Positions 42,194 through 53,373 of a stretch of 64,000 nucleotides of DNA are shown in pieces. The position numbers and the translations under genes were made by a program. Each line of letters begins with the position of its first letter. Position 1 is the stretch's first letter. The notes beneath the pieces are model-generated. The model was given only the letters and a program-made list of their open reading frames with translations, was not told the DNA's origin and searched no databases. The stretch covers positions 128,001 through 192,000 of the forward strand of contig CAVWLW010000050.1 of NCBI GenBank assembly GCA_963755715.1, in the 5' to 3' direction. Origin of the DNA: an uncultured delta proteobacterium. GTDB taxonomy: Bacteria; Desulfobacterota; Binatia; UBA9968.

Positions 42194-42901
42194 ATGAAGA
42201 TCATGGTTGTGATGGGCGAATATCCGCCTGAAGAAGCAGAGCGGCGCCGGCAGGCCGTGCTCAAATGCGCATCACCGGGCACAGAGGTCGGCTTCGCCGT
42301 CATCAGAGCAACTTTTTTTCGCCGCTCCAACTCGCAAGTCAATTCGCTTTCCGCCGGACCGCTTGTCGCCGAAGTGGCCGTCAAGGCCGAAGCCGACGGT
42401 TACGATGCGGTCGTGCCGTTTGGAACTCTCGACGCCGGCGTCGAGCTAGCGCGAAATTTGGTTCGCCTTCCGATAATCGGCGCCGGACAATCGGTATTGC
42501 ACCTCGGCGCCCAGTTGAGTAATCGCTTGGGCGTTATCGCCTATGAAGAAAAAAGCATCCCTTTCATGCGCAAGCAGATGCACGTATGGCGAGTGGCCGA
42601 TTCGGTCGTCGGCATCCGCAGCGTCGAGATCCCCTTGCCGGAAAGCACCAAGAACCGTGATGCGATGCGCGAACGGTTCATTCAGGTCGCCCGCGAGCTG
42701 ATCGACAATCACGATGCCGAGATTATCGTGCCCATGGGCGTAACGATGGTGCCGGTGCAATATTCACCGCAGGAATTTGAAAAGGAGCTCGGAGTGCCGG
42801 TCATGGATGCGTTGAAGACCAGCATCCAAACCGCCGAAATGATGGTGCGCATGAATCTGACTCACAGCACAAAGACGTATCCGCGACCACCGGCGAGTTA
42901 A
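42194..42901 (+). CDS. Asp/Glu/hydantoin racemase superfamily protein lacking the canonical catalytic cysteines
   Basis: AEADGYDAVV, LPIIGAG, LGVPVMD, TAEMMV..HS family motifs; FGT and MGV where IAC/LGC are usual. Confidence 0.75.
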   Translation: MKIMVVMGEYPPEEAERRRQAVLKCASPGTEVGFAVIRATFFRRSNSQVNSLSAGPLVAEVAVKAEADGYDAVVPFGTLDAGVELARNLVRLPIIGAGQSVLHLGAQLSNRLGVIAYEEKSIPFMRKQMHVWRVADSVVGIRSVEIPLPESTKNRDAMRERFIQVARELIDNHDAEIIVPMGVTMVPVQYSPQEFEKELGVPVMDALKTSIQTAEMMVRMNLTHSTKTYPRPPAS

Positions 42902-42976
42902 TTCATCAGATGCGATGACGCTAGGATCCGCATCGCCGGCGATATCCACACAGAGAATAGTATTTGCGTTACTCCC

Positions 42977-43765
42977 ATGCCTACCGACATCTGCTACTGG
43001 AAACACGAAATCCAAAGCAGTGAATCGTTCCGCTGCTACGACGGCAAGAGCACCGTGTGCAGCCACTGTTGCGTGGAAGAGTGCGCCAAAGACACGCCGC
43101 AATGGTTCGCAGCGTGCGCTCGCGCTGGCCATCCTACTTGGCCGGGTGTCGATCGTGGGCGACGCGTTCCTTCCAAGCTTGTGGTTCTCGAATCCTACTG
43201 GGACAACCGTCTGTTTCAGACCATGACCGTTAAAGGCTTCTTTGAATCGATGGGACCACTGCACGATCCACCGCTGCAACTCGCTCACCGCTTTGTCGAG
43301 TCTCAACGTGGACTCGCCCACTACACCGCCGCTCCTGACGGACTCTTATGGCGCGATCCCGGCGCCGCCGACGCGCCGATCTTTTATCTTGCCTTTCACG
43401 GTGCGCCGAGCCAAGTGAAATCGGTCCTCGAATCGATCGGCGAACAGCAACTATGCGACGCGTTCAAAGGCTACGGCAGCAGGCCCAATCTCGTCTACTT
43501 CGCCGCGTGCAACGTTCTCAAAGGCCGCACGGGCAGGCAGTTCGCCAAGAAATTTCTCACAGCCTCCGGTTGCCGCGCTCTTCTGGGTTACACGACCAAC
43601 GTCAACTGGATGCTCAGCCTGCTCACAGACATGCTGTTCTTGCACCGTTTCTATCGCGACGAAAATCCGTGGAAGAATCTTAGAAGCATCTACGACTCGG
43701 TTATCGCCGATTTCAGACCAGCGAGCGAAATAGGATGGACGCTGATTGAAAGGGAAGAGAAGTAG
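42977..43765 (+). CDS. DUF6642/caspase-CHAT-like protein with Cys-rich N-terminus
   Basis: LES-x-W, YLAFHG, VYFAAC, GYTTNVNW motifs. Confidence 0.6.
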   Translation: MPTDICYWKHEIQSSESFRCYDGKSTVCSHCCVEECAKDTPQWFAACARAGHPTWPGVDRGRRVPSKLVVLESYWDNRLFQTMTVKGFFESMGPLHDPPLQLAHRFVESQRGLAHYTAAPDGLLWRDPGAADAPIFYLAFHGAPSQVKSVLESIGEQQLCDAFKGYGSRPNLVYFAACNVLKGRTGRQFAKKFLTASGCRALLGYTTNVNWMLSLLTDMLFLHRFYRDENPWKNLRSIYDSVIADFRPASEIGWTLIEREEK

Positions 43766-43925
43766 ACTTTCACAATTGCCCGCGGGTATGTCGGAAACAT
43801 ATTGGTCAGCACATCACTCGAGTAGCTTTGACATCACTGCAATCTTGCTAAAATGGCGTCCGGGGGCTGCCTATTTTAGTGGACAACATGAACCGTAATC
43901 CACGTTAGCCCCAAAGGAACCGCTC

Positions 43926-44499
43926 GTGCCCGCGCTCTACCGCCATTTTTTCCAGGCTATGTGGCTGAGTTGGACAGCTTACTGGTGGGTCTCCGCACGT
44001 AACGTCAAGCGCACGGTGCGGCATGAATCCTTGCCGTCGCGCCTTTCACACGTCGGCCCGCTGGCAGGTGCTGCGCTGCTTTTTTCGATTCCAAACTCAC
44101 CGGCTTCGTTCCTTAGAGCTCGTTTTCTCTCATCGGCCGACATGGTCATTTAATGTTGCGGTGGCTCTGACCGCCGCAGGCTTACTCTTCGCTGTATGGG
44201 CACGGCAGTACCTCGGCTCAAATTGGAGCGGTACGGTGACCATCAAGAAAGGTCACGAGCTCATCATCAGCGGACCCTACGCCTGGGTTCGTCACCCCAT
44301 CTACACTGGGCTTCTGCTCGCATTTGTAGGTTCCGCGATGGCTATAGGTGAATGGCGAGCAGTTCTCGCCTTCGCGCTTGCGTCGCTGGCTTTGTGGCGC
44401 AAACTTCGGCTGGAGGAACGTTTGATGCATCAGCAGTTCGGAGCGGCATACCAAGCCTACTGTCGGCGTGTTCCGGCGCTTATTCCTTTCGTTTTGTGA
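43926..44499 (+). CDS. Isoprenylcysteine carboxylmethyltransferase family membrane protein (frameshift near 44145)
   Basis: LGSNWS, HELIISGPYAWVRHPIYTG, EE..FG..Y..Y. Confidence 0.85.
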
Positions 44500-44642
44500 G
44501 CCTAATTGGAACCTCACGTTGAGTTTGCCAAAGTTCTGCTTTGCAGCGCACTCAAGGGCCGGGAGGTTGATAGAATTTTTCTCTGGAATGATATCGAGAC
44601 CTGCAATAGTATAGCTTCGACCGATTTCAGTCTGGAGGTCTT

Positions 44643-45053
44643 ATGCGCTTCTTAGTCGTATTTCTGATGTTGTCCCTCGTTGCTTGTGCAACGACACCGC
44701 TGACGATCAATCAAGCGGCCGTAGTGCCAGAGACTCGGATCTTGGCGCCACAGTGGTTAGCTCAAGCGTCGAATACAGGAAGCCTCGTCGTGAAGCGCGA
44801 CAGCGGTTTCATGGGATCGGCCTGTACGATTCGCGTTTTCGTGGATGCTCTACCAGTCGCTGATCTTAAGCCTGCGGAGAAAATTGAGCTCTTCGTCGCT
44901 CTCGGGGAACACAGTGTTGTCGCTACCTCGAACGGCATTTGCGGCGGCGGTACTTCTGAAGCGGCAGTTGTGATCATGCCTGAGCGTCAGCGAATTCTCC
45001 GGATTGCCAGCGGTCAGAGCGGAGACATTTTTCTTCAGCCGAGTGCGTTCTGA
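44643..45053 (+). CDS. Lipoprotein, unknown function
   Basis: Lipobox LVAC; VKRDSGFMGSAC. Confidence 0.75.
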   Translation: MRFLVVFLMLSLVACATTPLTINQAAVVPETRILAPQWLAQASNTGSLVVKRDSGFMGSACTIRVFVDALPVADLKPAEKIELFVALGEHSVVATSNGICGGGTSEAAVVIMPERQRILRIASGQSGDIFLQPSAF

Positions 45054-45799
45054 ATTTGTCGTCGACTGAAATATAAAAATTCTCGTTTCGCGTCCAATGC
45101 GCGGTAACAAGATTGGGCTGCCTGCGAAGCTTTATTTGAGTGACATGTAAGATGCGGTGTGACCATTGAGTAAACTGTTTTTAGAGCGCGTCGGGTTCAG
45201 AAGCGGATGGTTAGCTGTTATCCCCGCTGCTCACGGACACCACATAACGGCCATTGGCCGACTCTATGCGAGGGAAATTCGATCTTTCCTGCTCTTCGAG
45301 GCTGCGGCTTTTCTCCCTGCCCTCATCCACTCCGGGGTGTTCGATCGCCGGATACGACATCAAAAGACCCGCATCGCCGAAGGCGTGATCGCACTCGTGC
45401 TTCTTACGGCCCCGATATCAACTTGGATCCGGCCGGCGTCGACACGTACGGCCGGATTGGCCGGCCAAGCATTCGCGCTTCTCGGCACGCTAACGGCGTA
45501 TTCACGATGCCGTCGGCGTTGGTCCACGCACGACACCCAACATTGCTTACCATATTGCCATCGTTGTCGTATTGATTTGGGGGTTGGTCATTACAAAGTA
45601 TACGTAGAGAGCTTGAACTTCGCTGTCTTTGTCTTGGCTAATCTTTCCTTCCTGGTATAACCGCGCCACCGCACTAGCGATAGTCTTATAGTCCATCCTC
45701 GGAAATTACTTCAGGAGATCGGCGAAAGAACAATGTGACTTTTCGATAATGCAACGATCTTTTCAGCTAACACCTCGACAAGCGCTGCGGTCTCCGTGC

Positions 45800-46108
45800 C
45801 TAAGGCGTGTAGGGAATATCGATTGCGCCGATTTCCGCGAGAGGACGACCATAGTGAGCTGTCAAAAGGTCAGAGACTTGACGGCAAAAGTTTGGATCAT
45901 CGAAGTTGAGCCGGCCGATATAAAAATCGCCACCGTGGGAAATCATAAGGAAGCATGTAGCTGGATTCACAGAGGAGCGTTTTACTTGCTCGAGCACTCC
46001 AATTTCTCGGCTCGGATGAATAGTTGGTTTTCCGGACGTGGATGTCCATTTCGGTGGCCAATTTGAAGAACCCTGAAACAACATGAGTGGATGACTCCGA
46101 AGCTCCAT
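45800..46108 (-). CDS. Hypothetical protein
   Basis: Clean 102-aa ORF MELRSHPLM...NWPPKW; no recognisable family. Confidence 0.55.
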   Translation of the reverse strand: MELRSHPLMLFQGSSNWPPKWTSTSGKPTIHPSREIGVLEQVKRSSVNPATCFLMISHGGDFYIGRLNFDDPNFCRQVSDLLTAHYGRPLAEIGAIDIPYTP

Positions 46109-46383
46109 AAAGTGACCAAAGGTGACAAAATAGGCAAAAAGGTTTCATTTTACAATGACCTGCAATCGCTGTGGAGATAGCAAAAACAGGGCTTACAGCT
46201 CGGATCTATTAAATTAAATAGATAGAGTCTCTGCGCTCGCTCGAAGGTGAAACGCGGAGATAAAGTGCCGGAGGCCGCACGGCTTTATTGCGCGAATAAA
46301 AAGATGAAGTCGAGTTTGAATAAGAAGGAGCCGCCCAGGGGGATGATTCCCCAAAATAGACTCACACGGGTGCCACGTATAGC

Positions 46384-46803
46384 TTATCGCTGGAGGTCGC
46401 GGGGTGTCATGGGGATGCCAGGCGGTTGGTCGTCGAGTGATAGATGTCGCTGCATCGCGGCACGAAGCAATTTCAATGCGAAAGGCTTGTGCATTATTTC
46501 GTCCGCCCCGGCGGTGATAGCTCGATCGACAAGCGATCCGTAGGAAAAGGCGGTGGTTACGATCACGGGTATGTTGCGCGTCGACGGATCCGCTTTGAGC
46601 CGCGCTGTTGCTTGATCTCCCGTCATCGCAGGCATGTCGAGATCCATGAGAATTAGATTGGGACGGGTTACGCGTGCTCGACTTACGGCCTCAAGCCCCG
46701 TCACCGCTTCAACAGCTCTGTAGCCTGATCGTCGTAGAAAGAGCATAACCATTTCTCGATAATCGGCATCGTCTTCAACAACAAGGATATTGTTATTGCC
46801 CAT
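46384..46803 (-). CDS. Single-domain response regulator (DivK-like)
   Basis: ILVVEDD, ILMDLDMP, VTTA, KPF. Confidence 0.85.
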   Translation of the reverse strand: MGNNNILVVEDDADYREMVMLFLRRSGYRAVEAVTGLEAVSRARVTRPNLILMDLDMPAMTGDQATARLKADPSTRNIPVIVTTAFSYGSLVDRAITAGADEIMHKPFALKLLRAAMQRHLSLDDQPPGIPMTPRDLQR

Positions 46804-47300
46804 GCCCGTTCTACCGAGCACAAACGGTGCCGCTCGAGTTTGCTACAATTTGTGCAGGTCTGAGGGAGATATTTGGCAATGCCGGGACATTCTTTGCCTT
46901 CAGGGGAGCGGGAGCGAGTTTGACCAAGAATTCCTATGGCTGCAAAAACGTACATTTTTGGTAAGTGCGGGCTCACCCGCGGCGATTAACCAACCTCGAA
47001 GTTAGTCTTCACACAGCCGACCCAGGCACGCCGGCGGATCGACGAGACACCGGCAGCGCCGAAAAAGCGCATTACGCTGCCCTATTGGCGGCATGATCGG
47101 CGGCGCCATTGGCGGAATCATCGGCGGGCTGATCTTTCCGGAGGGGCCGGGGCATCGACCGCGGCGTCGGCAGGATCTTCAAGCGGCAGTCGCTCAGTTT
47201 AAAAATGAACTCCCTCCTGCGCCCTCGGAGGTGATCAGTTCGGGAGCCGGTGCAAATCGGCGGGTTGCTTTTTCTGGTAACGCTGGGATAAAAACCGGCA

Positions 47301-47777
47301 GTGGACTCCGAATTGATAAACACAGGCTCGATCGCGCTCGCTCTGGCAATTTTCGGCGCCATGCTCAGTATCCTCAATACCTGGCATGCTCTAGACCGGT
47401 CGCGACTCAACTTGAAGATTACTCCGGCTCATGCGTTCCCGCTGGGCGCTGTAGACCCAAGCATTAATTTTTCTATTGAAGTGACGAACCTCAGTGAATT
47501 TGCTGTGACGATACAAGAGGTAGGTATTTTATACGAGGGTACAAAAAAACCAGGCACCTTGTTGAGTCCTATCCTCTTGGATGGCGGCAGTTGGCCACGG
47601 CGCCTTGAGCCGCGAACGGCCGTAAGTGTTTACGCACAGGCACCGCTACCCAATGGCGGGCCTAGAATCAGGTGCGCGTATGCACGAACCGCCTGCGGTC
47701 AAATAATAACCGGCAACAGTCCCGCTCTTCAGCAAATAGCAGGTAGACGCGCTAAGGGAGTCTTTTGGGTCATTTAA
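47301..47777 (+). CDS. Hypothetical membrane-anchored protein
   Basis: 158-aa ORF with an N-terminal hydrophobic helix. Confidence 0.55.
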   Translation: MDSELINTGSIALALAIFGAMLSILNTWHALDRSRLNLKITPAHAFPLGAVDPSINFSIEVTNLSEFAVTIQEVGILYEGTKKPGTLLSPILLDGGSWPRRLEPRTAVSVYAQAPLPNGGPRIRCAYARTACGQIITGNSPALQQIAGRRAKGVFWVI

Positions 47778-48843
47778 TGTCTGGCCAGTAAGATCCCCAG
47801 TTCCGGTGCCTTCTCCAGGGTGCGGGGTATGTCGTACTCCTTCGGGCACCTCATCGTACCAAACCGCGTGGAAGGTCATATCGAGCGCATGATTCAAATT
47901 TCTTGCGCCGCCTCTGCTGGGCGGCGGTTTCGAGGCTTTTCTTTAACGCGGAAGATGTCGACGACCTGGCCGCTGCGGCGTGGCGCCGGCGGGCTTTGAT
48001 TTCCTGGCCTTCCACTTTTCGCTCGATCATGGCGAGCGCTCGCTCGCGGTTGAGCCCTTTTGAAGATCAATGGCCTCCACTGTCCTCCGCTGCAGATCAG
48101 CCAATGCGACGGCGTGTTTGACAGTCCGGGGATCCCAACCAAAAATAAAAAAAGGGCCAGCCGTTCCGACTGACCCAAAGACGCGCGAACCCACGCGACT
48201 CCCGCGCGGGAAGAAAAAAACCCAACCGTGGCCCTCATAGCACGGCGTTGGTGCCATCTAATTGCTACGACAATTGTTGGGAAGATGACGAGTGCTGGAA
48301 TGCTTTAATTTATTTTCCAGAACCGGTGCCGGCACTCTCCGCAGCGGTATGGGCTAATAAAAAGTGAGCTCAACGCTTTGTCTATCGGATTCCTCAGATG
48401 AGATGGGCGGACGGCGCTGCTATCGCAATATGGACAGACAATTAGGCGTTTACTTTTTGTTGCCACGTTTTGATGTTGCGCGATTGTCGGCCGTGCTCCA
48501 TCGCCTGGCCGATCGCTCACGCTACGCTTTCCTTTAGGTCCCGATGACGATCTCGTCATGGTGGCTTCTTTGATTTGAATAGAGAGTCAGCGAGAAAGCT
48601 AAATCTCCAAACCTAGATGACGATCTCAGGCCTACGGAGCGACGGGCAGCCGCCCGGGATCAATTCGGCCGCTGTGGGGAATTCTCCAGAACGATTCAAC
48701 CGCACTTCCGCGGCATGCTTGGGTCAACCTGGGTCCACCGTCGTATGTCCTCGTTATTCACATCCTAAGTCAGAACTGATCCGAAACATTTTGGACACAT
48801 GACTTGGAAACGACTAGAGTAATCACCGTCAATTATTGAAATT

Positions 48844-48920
48844 TGGCGCGCCCGGAGGGATTTGAACCCCCAACCCCCAGATCCGTAGTCTGGTGCTCTG
48901 TCCAATTGAGCTACGGGCGC
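48844..48920 (-). tRNA. tRNA-Arg (anticodon ACG)
   Basis: GCGCCCGTAGCTCAATTGGACAGAGCACCAGACTACGGATCTGGGGGTTGGGGGTTCAAATCCCTCCGGGCGCGCCA; cloverleaf with encoded CCA. Confidence 0.97.
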
Positions 48921-49148
48921 GCAATGAAGCTGAAATCTCAGATGCGGGGCGGCTTTGGAAAGCAAAATCAGCAACGGACAACTCGTGCGGTGCCGATCTA
49001 AATCTCCCAATGCGCCCAAGGCCTAGATAAAATAGCAAAGACCAACGGCAATTTCTACGAACCGCGTCGGTTTTCTCTACCGAAATAATGCCCTTGTGAA
49101 GCGAATTGACGATGGTTGCGCCGCTGTCCTCGTCTGAATGTTATAATT

Positions 49149-52100
49149 TTAATGAAAATCCCGGCTGGGCGCGCTCGCCGGTTTCAGTTCCACTCTCGGT
49201 TCCCACAATTCGTCCGCAACCAGATGCACCACGCCGTCTTCGACTTGGAGTTTGCCGGTAATACCGAGAAAGCTCACCGTCTTCGCCAGGACCGAATAGC
49301 GCTGAAAGACGCTTTCCCACACGACGATGTTGACGAAACCGGTTTCGTCTTCGAGAGTCATGAATACGACGCCGCCTGCGGTGCCGGGCCGTTGGCGGCA
49401 AATCACTAGACCGGCATAGCGAATCTTCGCGCCATCTTTCATCGCTGCTACGGCGCGCGCGTCGGGCAGGCCATAGCGCATCAAGCTTGGCCGCATCGGC
49501 TCGAGCGGGTGGCGCCGCGGACTATGAGCAGTCCGGCGATAATCCCAACCCACTTCTTCGAAGTCGCTCAACGGCGCGAAACCCGGCTGCCTTTCACGCC
49601 CCGGCAATGATAGGGATTCCTTCTGTGTGCGCGCCAGGCGGCGGGCATCCCAGAGCGCCGTACGACGATCGATGTGAAAGCTATCGAACGCTCCCGCTTC
49701 AGCCAAAGCACAAAGAGCGCCCTCATCTAAACCGGTGCGGCGAGCAAAATCTTCCAGCGAGACAAAAGTTTTTTGCTCGCACGCTAGCGCAATCCGCTCC
49801 CCCTCTCGCTCGCCTAAACCTTTCACGTAGCGCAGCCCCATACGCACAGCCAAGCCGCCGGCGCTCTCGACGCATCTCTCGAGCACGCAATCCCATGCGC
49901 TCACCTGTGCGTCGAGGGGCCGCACGATCACCTGATGGCGCTTGGCATCTTCGACAATCGTCGCGGGTGTGTAAAAGCCCATCGGTTGGGCGTTTAGCAA
50001 CGAGCAAGCAAACTCCGCCGGATAGTGACATTTGAGCCAGGCCGTAGCATAAGCGATCAGCGCAAAACTCGCCGCATGGCTTTCGGGAAAACCGTACTCG
50101 CCGAAGCCGCGGATCTGCTGGAAAATCCGCTCGGCGAACTCTGCGGCTATCCCCTTCGCCTGCATGCGTGTGATCAACTTCTCGTGATGGCGCTCCATCC
50201 GCCCGGAGCGATGCCACGCTGCCATGTCGCGGCGAAGTTGGTCTGCCTCTCCGGGTGTGTAATCAGCCACGACCATCGCAAGCTTCATCACCTGTTCTTG
50301 AAACAGCGGTACACCTAAGGTTTTCTCCAATACAGTGTCCAATAACGGATGGGGCGATTTCGCTTCTTCTTTGCCCTGGCGCCGGCGTAGATACGGATGC
50401 ACCATGCCGCCCGTAATCGGCCCGGGACGAACGATGCTGATCTCGATCACTAGGTCGTAAAAATTTTTCGGCTTCAAGCCGCGGCAGCATCGCCATCTGC
50501 GCGCGGCTCTCGATCTGAAACACGCCCACCGTGTCGCTTTTGCAGATCATTTCATAAGTCGCACGGTCGTCCGGTTCAATCGTCGCCATAGAGAGATCCA
50601 TGCCACGATGCTCGCGCAAGAGCTTGAAGCAAAGGTCGAGTTGAGTCAGCCCGCCGAGTCCGAGCAGATCGACTTTGAACAAGCCGAGATCTTCCACATC
50701 CTGTTTATCCCACTGAACCACCGTGCGCTCAGGCATCGTTGCGTTCTCGATCGGCACCATATCGTGTACCGGTTCATGGCCGAGCAGAAAGCCGCCGGGG
50801 TGAATCGATAGGTGACGCGGGAAATCCAGAATTTCATTGGAAAGCTGAAGTAAATGCTCGTGCAAGCCGCCCGCTGAATCAATCCCTATCTGCGCCAATG
50901 CTTCGGCGCGAACTGGTTCATAGGAAGAAAGCAACTTGGCCATTCGATCGAGAGCGGTTTCGGAAAGCCCCAGAGTCTTACCGACGTCGCGCAACGCTGA
51001 GCGCGAGCGATAGCGCACCACGTTGGCGACCATCGCGGCGCGGTCCCGGCCATATTTTTGATAAACGTGCTGGATCACTTCTTCGCGCCGGTCATGCTCG
51101 ATATCGAGATCGATATCCGGCGGCTCGGCGCGCTCTTTTGAGATAAAGCGTTCGAAGAGCAACCCAATATGTGCCGGGTCGACAGCGGTGATACCCAGGC
51201 AATAACAAACCACGGAGTTTGCCGCCGAGCCGCGCCCTTGGCAGAGGATATTATTGGCCCGGCAGAACTCGATAATCTCCCACATCGTCAAGAAGTATCC
51301 CGGATAGTCGAGAGCTTCGATGATCTCCAGCTCTTTTTCTATTTGCACGACAATCCAATCGGGAATCCCATTTTCGTAGCGCCGCTGCGCCCCGTTCAAT
51401 GTTTGTCGGCGCAGCCACTGCGCCGATGTCATGCCATTCGGCAACTCTTCCGATGGATAACGATAGCGAATTTCGTCCAGAGAAAAATTGCAGCGTTCGG
51501 CGACTTCGACCGTGCGATTGATAATAGTGGGATCGTCGTTAAAAAGATCCGCGAAAGCACGGGGTGGCTTCAGCGCATATTCGGCATTGGGCTTCAACTT
51601 CCTGCCGCAAGAAGCGACGGGAATGCCGTGGCGAATCGCCGTCAGCACATCCTGCAGCCGGCGCCGCGCCGGCGTGTGGTAAAGCACTTCGTTGGCGGCG
51701 ACTAATGGAAAGCCAAAGCGCCGCGCGCGCTCGCGCACTCGAGATTCTTGAATGACTTCTTCTTCGCAACGGTGCCGCGTGAGCATGCCATAAAGGCGGT
51801 CGGCGAAAGCGTCGCGGAGCTTGCCCCCAACGTCATGGGAGTCGGCTTCGCCGACGATCAAACTTCGAGCGCCGCCCCAGAGCGCAATTAATCCCGGCGC
51901 ATGGGCGCAAACTTCATCCCAACTGACAGCGCTCTCCCCTTTCTCCGAGCGCAACCGGCCTTTGGTGATCAACCGACACAGGTTGGCATAACCGCCGCGA
52001 TCCTGCGCCAACAGAACTATCGTCGAACCGTCGTCGATTGTGATCTCGGAACCAATGATGAGCTTGAGCCCGACTTCCCGCGCTTTCACGTGCGCGCGCA

Positions 52101-52245
52101 CGACGCCATAGACGCCGTCTCGATCCGTCAAAGCCAAAGCCCGCAATCCGAATCGATGGGCCTCCTCGACCAGCTCATCCGGATGGCTCGCGCCTTCAAG
52201 GAAAGAAAAATTACTCTTGCACCAGAGGGGTGCGTAGCTGGACAT
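49149..52245 (-). CDS. dnaE2: Error-prone DNA polymerase DnaE2/ImuC (frameshift near 50478)
   Basis: [47 protein letters not shown]-terminal SRDFH motif. Confidence 0.95.
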
Positions 52246-52306
52246 AAGGGACTGAGACAAAAATAACCGATGGTGGCCTTCAGGACGGGTTCATCGAGCT
52301 GCTGAG

Positions 52307-52368
52307 AAATAAGGATCGTCGCGTGGCCATGCGCAACATGGACTCCCGCGTGCAACGATCAGTTAGGC
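52307..52368 (-). repeat. Terminal degenerate attC
   Basis: Top strand GCCTAAC TGATC GTTGCACG plus CCATG/CATGG stem, but no GTT R' box (CTTATTT). Confidence 0.55.
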
Positions 52369-52384
52369 GCACGATCCAGACGGC

Positions 52385-53032
52385 TTATGCCCGTCTGCCC
52401 AGAAAGACATGGGTCGCGCGTTCGCCCGCGACATAGTTGGTGCATTCATAGCCCAAGGCATGCATATCGATGCCATTCCAGAGGTGCTCGCCCGATCCGA
52501 GTAAGACAGGCCTGATGGCCATATGCAGTTCGTCAATCAAGGCAGCGCGCAGATACTGCCGAATAGTGGATACGCCGCCACCGAGGCGAACGTCGCGGCC
52601 GCCCGCTGCTGCCTTCGCTTGCTCCAGAGCAGCGTGAATGCCTTCAGTGACAAAGCGGAACTCTGTGCCTCCCGCCATTTTGAGCGGCGCCCGCGGGTGA
52701 TGCGTCAGTACGAAGACAGGCGTGTGATACGGCGGCTCGTCGCCCCACCAACCTTTCCAGCTGTCGTCCGGCCATGGACCTCGGACAGGACCAAACATGT
52801 TGCGCCCAAGAATCCAGGCGCCGATTCCGGCAAAGCTTTGCTCCGCAATTTCGTTATCCACTCCCGTCTCGCCATCCTCATGGCCGTGCATTTTCCGCCA
52901 TACGCGGGTGTGGAAGAACCACTCCATCAACTCTGGTCCCCTGATGCCGAGCGGATTTTGGAGATCTTGGCTCGGTCCAGCGCCGTAACCATCGATGGAA
53001 ATCGCGAAGCTTTGGACTCGTAGTTTCGACAT
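52385..53032 (-). CDS. Cassette: dihydrofolate reductase/RibD C-terminal family protein
   Basis: ISIDGYGAG, ILGRNMF, PVFVLTH, GGVSTIRQYL, PVLLGSG. Confidence 0.9.
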   Translation of the reverse strand: MSKLRVQSFAISIDGYGAGPSQDLQNPLGIRGPELMEWFFHTRVWRKMHGHEDGETGVDNEIAEQSFAGIGAWILGRNMFGPVRGPWPDDSWKGWWGDEPPYHTPVFVLTHHPRAPLKMAGGTEFRFVTEGIHAALEQAKAAAGGRDVRLGGGVSTIRQYLRAALIDELHMAIRPVLLGSGEHLWNGIDMHALGYECTNYVAGERATHVFLGRRA

Positions 53033-53078
53033 TGCTTTTCTCACCCATTAGTAAGTGAACTGGTTCAATTCGTGGGAT

Positions 53079-53160
53079 GACTAACGACCAAGGCTGAGGA
53101 GCCCGGGCTCGCGAGCGAAGCGAGCAGGCACGAAGGTCTTTCTCAAGCCGCTGGTTAGGG
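53079..53160 (-). repeat. attC site (82 bp)
   Basis: GACTAAC...GGCTGAG...CTCAAGCC...GTTAGGG. Confidence 0.85.
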
Positions 53161-53172
53161 CTGCAAGTTGGT

Positions 53173-53373
53173 TCAGGTTAGTTCTTCAAGAAACTTTACG
53201 TCTTTCCGCAGTAACTGATTGACCATCTCGGTGACATCCTTGCCTTTCCTGCGAGCAATGCGCTCCAGTTTACTCTGCAGTTTAGGGTCGAGATAAATGG
53301 GTAGCCGTAGTTCGGCGCCTTTCCGATAAAATTTTCCTCGAACGGCTTTCGAAAAATCATATTCTCGTCTCAT
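53173..53373 (-). CDS. Cassette: BrnA/CopG-like antitoxin
   Basis: MRREYDFSKAVRGKFY, IYLDP, VNQLLR. Confidence 0.8.
   Translation of the reverse strand: MRREYDFSKAVRGKFYRKGAELRLPIYLDPKLQSKLERIARRKGKDVTEMVNQLLRKDVKFLEELT

Noticed and set aside
46200-46380. Possible structured ncRNA or riboswitch (several small hairpins)
   Set aside because: No recognisable family consensus; cannot be supported without a covariance search
47880-48260. Possible phage/plasmid rep or antisense-RNA remnant
   Set aside because: Only short hairpins, A-tracts and broken ORFs; no diagnostic motif
53055-53069. TGAAC-TG-GTTCA as a LexA box
   Set aside because: Spacer is 2 nt rather than the 4 nt of the GAAC-N4-GTTC box, and the host LexA motif is unknown
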